Shown here one piece after another: positions 56,604-64,000 of a DNA stretch of 64,000 nucleotides. How positions within the stretch are numbered: position 1 is the stretch's first letter; each line of letters opens with the position of its first letter. Origin of the DNA: Chrysomallon squamiferum (lineage: Eukaryota; Animalia; Mollusca); NCBI GenBank assembly GCA_012295275.1, contig CM022673.1, positions 20,770,001-20,834,000 on the forward strand, given 5' to 3'. A program made the translations under genes and the position numbers. A model generated the notes under the pieces. That model saw nothing but the letters and a program-made list of their open reading frames with translations, did no database searches and had not been told where the DNA came from.

Positions 56604-57712
56604 ATCAGTTGCGTAAAAAAGTTCCTAAACACATTGTTTACATTCCTGTGATTATTTTAAAATAAAGCAAGATGAAGAAATAAATTTCTAAGAAAACATG
56701 AACATTTTTCCTTTTGAACGTACGAATGTTGTTTGTTTCTTTTCATTTTTCTTTTTTTTTTTCTGTCGGTACAAGACTATAGATATGTCAACTTCGTTTC
56801 CCATATTTCAGTTACTGGTTGCCTATGTCAAATAACGCAATAATTTGTACATAACTAGTTAGTTTAGGAAACATCAAGTGCTATTTGAATTTGTAGTCTT
56901 CCCTAGTAAAATTAGGCTTAATTTAATATAAAGAATGAAGAAAGGAATTTCCTTGGAAAATAATTATAACATTAATTGTATTTTAACCACAAATTCAGTG
57001 TAGCCAGTGATCTTCAGTTTTTATTTTTATATTTTGTATGTTGTATCATTTTAATAAATAATTTGACTAAAAAAGGGTGTGTTTTTTTGTCTTCTTTGTT
57101 GTATGATAATAACAGATTGTTTATTTTGGGGTGGGGTACATATTATCAAACAGCAAATAAAATATCACTTGTGTAAATTCCAGACAGATGACATAGAAAC
57201 ATAGATTATGGATGGTTTAGCACAGAACAAACTTAAAATAAATAGTGTGTGTGTATATATATATTTCTGTATAAGCAGTGTATAACAAATGGATTTCATG
57301 TTTAGAGGATATCCTGTTATACTTGTAATCAAAAATCTAAAATCCAGGCAACTTATGGTAGACTGAAGCATTCCAGATAAGAAATTTGCCACGTGTACAA
57401 TTAAAAATACATTTTGTACTATGGAATCTTAATGAAACGATGAATAACCATTTTAAATTCTCATTGAGAAATCAGACATTTGTAAGATTGCTTAATTATA
57501 ATAAATAGAGGTTGTGTAAGTTTTCAAAGTATATTAAAAAAAAATCTACCATCAGAATTTATATATCGGGGGGGGGTGCATTTAATTAGGTTAAAGGAAT
57601 GGTGTGATCATATAACTATAGGTAACCATTATACTCAGCTTTTGACAAAATAAATTAGAATCTAGCTGTCTATTTCTATCAATATCTATATATCTGTATC
57701 TAATTTTTTAAA

Positions 57713-57744
<32 letters not shown>

Positions 57745-59463
57745 ATAAATTATATGAAAAGAAACAAAATTTCCACAATAAAATAATTTGAAAAATGGCT
57801 CCTCCATTATTATTATTATTTAGTAGAAGTGGGATAGTAATTATTGTTTTGAATAGTGGTGCTTTTTATTAGAACAGGCATACATAACAAATATTTCTAA
57901 TTATAACCAGTGATTTCTGTATATTCAGATTTATTTATATGTAATATATGTTATATATTAATATCATACTAGATATAAAAACAAAACTACATTAGAAAAG
58001 TTAAAATATTTTATCATAAACATCAATGGTGCAAAGCGATTGTCTCCGATATTTTCCGAATATAAAAGACGAAAACTTCCGAGTATATACATTCTTCATA
58101 GAGGGCGCTTTCGACTTGTATCCTGAAAGTGTTGATAATTTGTCAGGTAGGATTCTGTTATTTACTATTTGACATAATTTTAATGACAAAACTAGCACAT
58201 TCTCGGTTATGAATTTTAATTCGTTAAAAAGGAAGTAACCTAAGGATCGACGGAAACCGAGGATTAAAAAGAGAATATGTATGCAACAGGCGACATTCTT
58301 CATTCGATTTTAGCGTCTACTGTCGCACTTGCTTTTTCAGAATACTTAATCATTAATTTAATATTGCAAGGCTACTTATCTGCATGTTTTAAGTCTGTCA
58401 GCACCAACATTAAACTTGTTGCTGTATTTAAATATATTAAACTCTTCAGCAACATAAATAAATTATTATAGTCAATTACTTTCAAGATCAAAAGCAGAAC
58501 GATGTGAAATGATTTTTTCTTTATTCCAAGGGAAGTAACTCAGTGTGACACATTTTGACAGCTTGTTTCTGTTTACATAATTTGTTTCAAACATTATTAG
58601 GATAGATATGCAGATTGTTTTCATTTTGCAGTCATAGAAAACTTTTACGGTAAATGCAAAGACTAGTTTAGAACATCCACTGATATTTACTTCTGATCAT
58701 CACATGAGATGTAATGGATCCATGGGATTCATTAAATGATTAATCTCAATGGACTTAACCTTGTATCATACTCATAGATACTGAAAATAATGAGAATGCA
58801 AAATCAAAGACATTTAAGATGAAATAGGACCCTGCATATGCCTTTAATGACAGTTGTGGAAATGATAAAATTTTACAAATAATTGCAGTTCAATAACTTC
58901 CTTGTCAGTTTCACAAAGATTATTGCTTTTATTTTCCAGTCAGAAGTATTTTTTCACTGTATGTATATAGATGTAACAAATTTTAGCTTTGGTATTCCAT
59001 AATTAGAAAATGTTTATGTTTATTTCATGCACAAATAATAAATAAAATATTTGGATTATTTACTATATCTTTACATACTGTTTTGTTATGGTTGTTGTTA
59101 ATTACAAACTTTCTAAGTCGACCATTAATAGGTACAAGGCAATAAAACCTTGATATTAAATTTTTTTTAAAAATTAAATGAAATAAAAATGTGCCATTAA
59201 AAATAAAAATAAAAATCATCCCAAAGCTGTTGGTGAAATAAGATTTTCCAAATATTGAAGTTTCTTGATAATGGGTTAAAGAAAACATTAAATAATAAAA
59301 AATATTAAAAAAAAGAAATCTGATACCATTAAAATAAAACTCCCACCTGCTATGGATTTTAAATGTGTATGATATGATCCAGGCATTGTTATTGTTATTT
59401 TGTTTATTTTATATTTTCAGTTTAAACATAGACTGCATTCAGCCCCTCAGTTAAGACTTCAAG

Positions 59464-62144
59464 ATGGGTTTCTTTGCTGGACTAGCTCGAGTTTTGGTCA
59501 TTGTGTTCAATTTTATTTTTTGGGTAAATTTTCATTAATGTTAAAACAGTGTTTTAGGTGAAATTGATAAGTAATAAAACTTAACAGTATTCATATATTT
59601 TAATAATCTTCATTTCACAAATAAACTTTTAATTTTATCAGTAATGTTTGAAAATTATCTTTTACAAAACAGTTTTTGTAACTTGTACTATTTTATTATT
59701 ATTTTTATTTGTTTATATATTTTTTTTTTTTTTTAGCTTTCGGGAGCTGCTATTCTAGGTGTAGGGATTTGGTTCTTGGTAGATCCTAATATGGAATCTT
59801 ACCTTGGAATTGTGAAAATCAGCCCAGACCAAAGCTTAACCCAGGCAGCATATATTCTCATAGGCTTCGGAAGTTTCATTTTCTTAGTTGGCTTTTGTGG
59901 ATGTTGTGGAGCTATTAGGAACAGCAAATGTCTCCTTGGTTTTGTAAGTTTACATTTATTATTTTTTTATTCAATAAAAAGTTAGTTATTGATTTTCATT
60001 TCTCAATATTATTTTCTTGTACACTTTATAGATAATGATATTGTTTTCTTAAAAGAAATTTATTTTCTTTTTTAGTACATCTTCTTCCTGATTCTTGTCT
60101 TTGCTGGAGAGCTGGGTACTGGCATTCTTGTAATAATTTACAAGTCTGAGGTTAGTATTTATTTTATATGTAATTTCAGTATTTCTATAGTTATGAGAAT
60201 ATTTTCAATCTTTTAAGAAATTAAAGAATACTAATTTATTAGTAAATACATGATGTGCATAAATAATAAATAATAAACTCTCTGCCACTTCATCACATTT
60301 AACTCTGAAATAGATGGCCTGAATAAGCCCTCAAAGATTTTTCATGTTTAAAGAAATAAGGCCAATAAATAAAATTCATAATAAATAAATTAACTAATTA
60401 AAATAAGATAATAATAAAATCTGTGCCACCTAAAAAGACAAGTAAGAATTTAAAACATTAGTGTAAGTAAACAAAAACTTAAGTATACACATTTATAACT
60501 TTAATATACTAGATAACATACAACAGAGTCTTTTTATTTCATTTCCTGGGACACTGATCTTCATTCACTATTGATTTGTCTTATGCTTATGAAAACCTAA
60601 ACCTTACTTGCCTAATATTAATGATTGTAGTTTTAAATAAATTAGCTTTTTGGGTTTTTTTTTTTTAGCTGTATTTTAAACAAAGATGTCTTACTTTATT
60701 ATTGATTAATTATAGTTTTTAATAACTTAAATTAATTTACCTTTCTGAATCCAGATCTATATTTTATTCTATCAAATATTCAGCAAATTATAAAATAACT
60801 AGTAATTTGGCTTTAAAGTGTTTTGTGATATTTTGTGAATATATGATCTATAGAAGTGTTTATTCAAATATTCAGCAAATTAAATAATAACTAGTAATTT
60901 GGCTTTAGAGTGTTTTGTGATATTTTGTGAGTATATGATCTATAGAAGTGTTTATTCAAATATTCAGCAAATTAAATAATAACTAGTAATTTGGCTTTAG
61001 AGTGTTTTGTGAGTGATCTATAGAAGTGTTTATCTGTCAGGTTGAAAGTCGATTACAAGTGGAGCTTGTGAGGAGCATTAAAGAAGATTATGAAACAAAT
61101 GCTAACACAAGGAAATCATGGGACACTGCCCAGACAGATGTAATCATGATTTATCATTAATATTTATATATTTATATTTGAATGTATATGGTGTATCCAT
61201 TTTCTGATAAATAAATATAAAAGAGAATTAGTGAAAGATTTTAACTTGACTGTCTTTTTTTGAATTAAAGTAATTAATGCTGTAGTTTGAAAATTAAATA
61301 CCTTATGTAGCATCCCCAGTATATTTAATATTTGTGTTTATATATTTTTCTTTTCAATTTCTAAAGCCCTTTTCTTTTGTTTTGAATAGACAAGAATTGT
61401 TTAACAATTCAGTGATGCATTTACTCAAGTTTTTAATTATTTATTTGTTGTTTAAATTCCATTTTGTATTATTTTCAGCTGAATTGTTGTGGTTACAATG
61501 GACCTGATGATTACATGAACAGCAGCTGGGCCAATAAAAACACTCCTGTGAGTTTTCATCTGTTTAATTAGTAAATATTTTTAATACATAAATTAGGAAG
61601 TGGTTTTTGGTTTTTAAATAATATAACAAATCATCAACAACCTTAAAAATATATGAATCTGTAATAGTGACATGGTCACCATTGTCTTGTTTAATCTGGG
61701 ATTTGTTGCAAATGTTTTAGTAGAGTCAAAAAACCATTCATCCTGAGAATTATTACACATTTAAAATGAAACTTTGTGGCTGTATACCATGATATTATTA
61801 ATTTTATTATTATTATTATTATTATTTGGCCTTCTAAATAGTAGTTGTATTAACATGAGTTGATTATTTGATTAATGAATGTGTGTGTGTGTTAAGAATG
61901 TATGTATATTATTTATCTATGTAATATTCATTTTCCACAGAAACAAATACCTAAATCTTGCTGTGAAACAGATAGCACAGATGTATCAGTATACATAGAC
62001 TTGGCCCTCTGCCAGACTAAGACTGGCAAGTATCACAACAAAGTATGTTTATATTTATTTAACATTTATATTTATATACTAAATTAATTAGATTTTTGTT
62101 TCTTAAATTGTAATAGATTTTAATAGTTTGTTTGTTGTTTGTAT

Positions 62145-62182
<38 letters not shown>

Positions 62183-62758
62183 GATACTCAACCAATAGTA
62201 CTAAGCCTTTATGTATAATTTATGAACTTTCAAGTACATTTTTAAAACAAAATTGATATATTTAATGCAGGGTTGCAAAGAATCATTGAAATCATGGATT
62301 GACAGTAAAAGTATCATCCTCATTGGCATTGGCTGCGGCATGGCTGGACTTCAGGTAAGATTCTTACAGCAGTTTCATCTTTTATTCTTCTGTTTTATAA
62401 TTTTTGATATTATTTATATTTGTATACAGGAGCTTGCGAGAACAAGTTAGTTCATTTGACAAACAATTGATATTGATGATGTGTGTGTGTGTGTGCAAAA
62501 TGATTTTGTTCTTAATATTGTTTTTAAGCATAATTGCTATATTAAATATTGAGAATATTGTTCTTTTAAAATTCAAATAATTAATAATAGCACAGCATTG
62601 TTTTATTTTCTAATAATAATACACATAGCCAGTTATTGTACTTACTTCTGTTATTTTTATTTAACTGATTCTATTTTAATTTTTATATTACTTTTTTTTA
62701 GATTTTTGGACTTATCTTTGCAATTTTCCTTTGTCGTAAAGTCGACAAAGAAGAGTAA
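59464..62758 (+). CDS. Tetraspanin B (250 aa, 8 coding exons)
   Basis: Exons 59464-59523, 59737-59943, 60076-60150, 61041-61139, 61479-61547, 61941-62042, 62271-62354 and 62702-62758 are all phase 0. Motifs: FNFIFW, GFCGCCGAIRNSKCLL, LNCCG, PKSCC, GC. Confidence 0.93.
60773..61032. repeat. 92-bp tandem repeat (about 2.8 copies) in tetraspanin B intron 3
   Basis: CAAATATTCAGCAAATT starts at 60773, 60865 and 60957. The copies are nearly identical. Confidence 0.9.
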
Positions 62759-64000
62759 TAATTATCTCCATGACAACAGAATGATCAGCACAAGGGATGA
62801 AGATGGAATGGCATCATTAGTAAAGCTTTGAGTCAACAAAATGTATTATGTTTATCTTTTAATTTGTCCACGAAAACTAGAACTGCCATCATATATATAT
62901 ATAAATGCTTAGAAACACCAATAATATTAACAGTAGAATTCCATTTCAGATTGCTGTGGTTGGTTAGACCATGCTATTGCCTATTAGAGGTGATTATCAT
63001 TAAAAAAACAGTTCACAGAGAGACAGCTGTGAAATTTTACACCAGTGAACCTCTTCATTTCTAATAAAACCTGTTTTATTTGATTCATCATTGCTGTATC
63101 TCACAATAATACTGATATTTAATTACATTATTAATATTATTGCACTTTTTGCATGAAATAACTTGTTTTACATTTTTTTTTCCCTCTATAGTAATAGTAA
63201 TATAACAGCAAAAATTTATTTTTATGAACCTTAATAAAATTATGGATATTCAGTGATTTTGAATAAACTCATATTAATTCATTTATAAGCCATAGGCCAT
63301 TTAGAAATTTTAGGAGATCCTCTTTCCACTAACATCACAAAAATATATGAAACAAATCCAACAAATTTAAGTAAATAATTTTTTTTCTAATAAACTGTTC
63401 TTATTACTATCATAAAACATTTTTTTAATAATTTTGTGATTATAGTAGTAATTATAGATGTCATATTAACATTGTAATGAAAGAAATTAGTCATAAAATG
63501 TAATTATCACTATATTCTTCAGATATTAGAATCTCATTTCTTTCTCAAATTTAAGATCTAATAATTTACAAAGAAATTCATATAAACTTGTTAATTTTTA
63601 CATGTTTATTTTTGGAATCATGGTTATTTTCATTTATTTATCATTTTTTTCATGCTATTCGCCAACTTGAATTTTATTGTTATTATTAGTGTTTTTCTGT
63701 TTATGTAGATGTGGTAATGTAAGTTTTATTTCCATTATTTTATATATACATTTTCAATGTCACTGCTTTGACAGATCATCTTTTATAACAGTTTTTTTAT
63801 ATACATTTGTTTTATATATTTTTTTTATATTAGTATTGTTTATGTTTTTTAAACAATCAGATTAGGATTAATTAATTTTAAAATATTGAGTTATAATTAA
63901 CACTTAAGATTTTCAAATTGTTATTAACTGATGATAATTTGAATATTTAGATTTGTCAATTAAGTTTTTGAAAAGGGTTTTTTCTTCAGTTAATATTATT

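Noticed and set aside
60773-61032. Regularly spaced repeats as a CRISPR-like array
   Set aside because: The whole unit repeats with no unique spacers, the context is a eukaryotic intron, and there are no cas genes.

Overview
This is AT-rich, microsatellite-rich, intron-containing animal DNA, probably an invertebrate (lophotrochozoan-like; the taxon is inferred, not proven). It contains no prokaryotic features or CRISPR arrays. Seven protein-coding genes could be assembled by hand with in-frame splice junctions: tetraspanin A (+), an intronless-CDS orphan class-A GPCR (-), an ADAR-like gene (-), myotrophin (+), ribosomal protein S16 (-), thymidylate synthase (+) and tetraspanin B (+). Highlights: (1) A 507-aa ADAR-like protein with one dsRBM (ADAD-like architecture) that keeps the HAE/PCGD/CSDK zinc and catalytic motifs but has lost the near-invariant K483 and K690 IP6-network lysines. 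It may also have several alternative first exons. (2) A DNA transposon with 10-bp TIRs and 7-bp TSDs that has inserted into another copy of itself inside rps16 intron 2. (3) A thymidylate synthase with an N-terminal KEN box and CDK sites, a GC-AG intron and a 30-nt intronic copy of its own exon. (4) A possible unannotated small-exon gene on the minus strand, head-to-head with myotrophin. All gene models are manual and lack transcript support.
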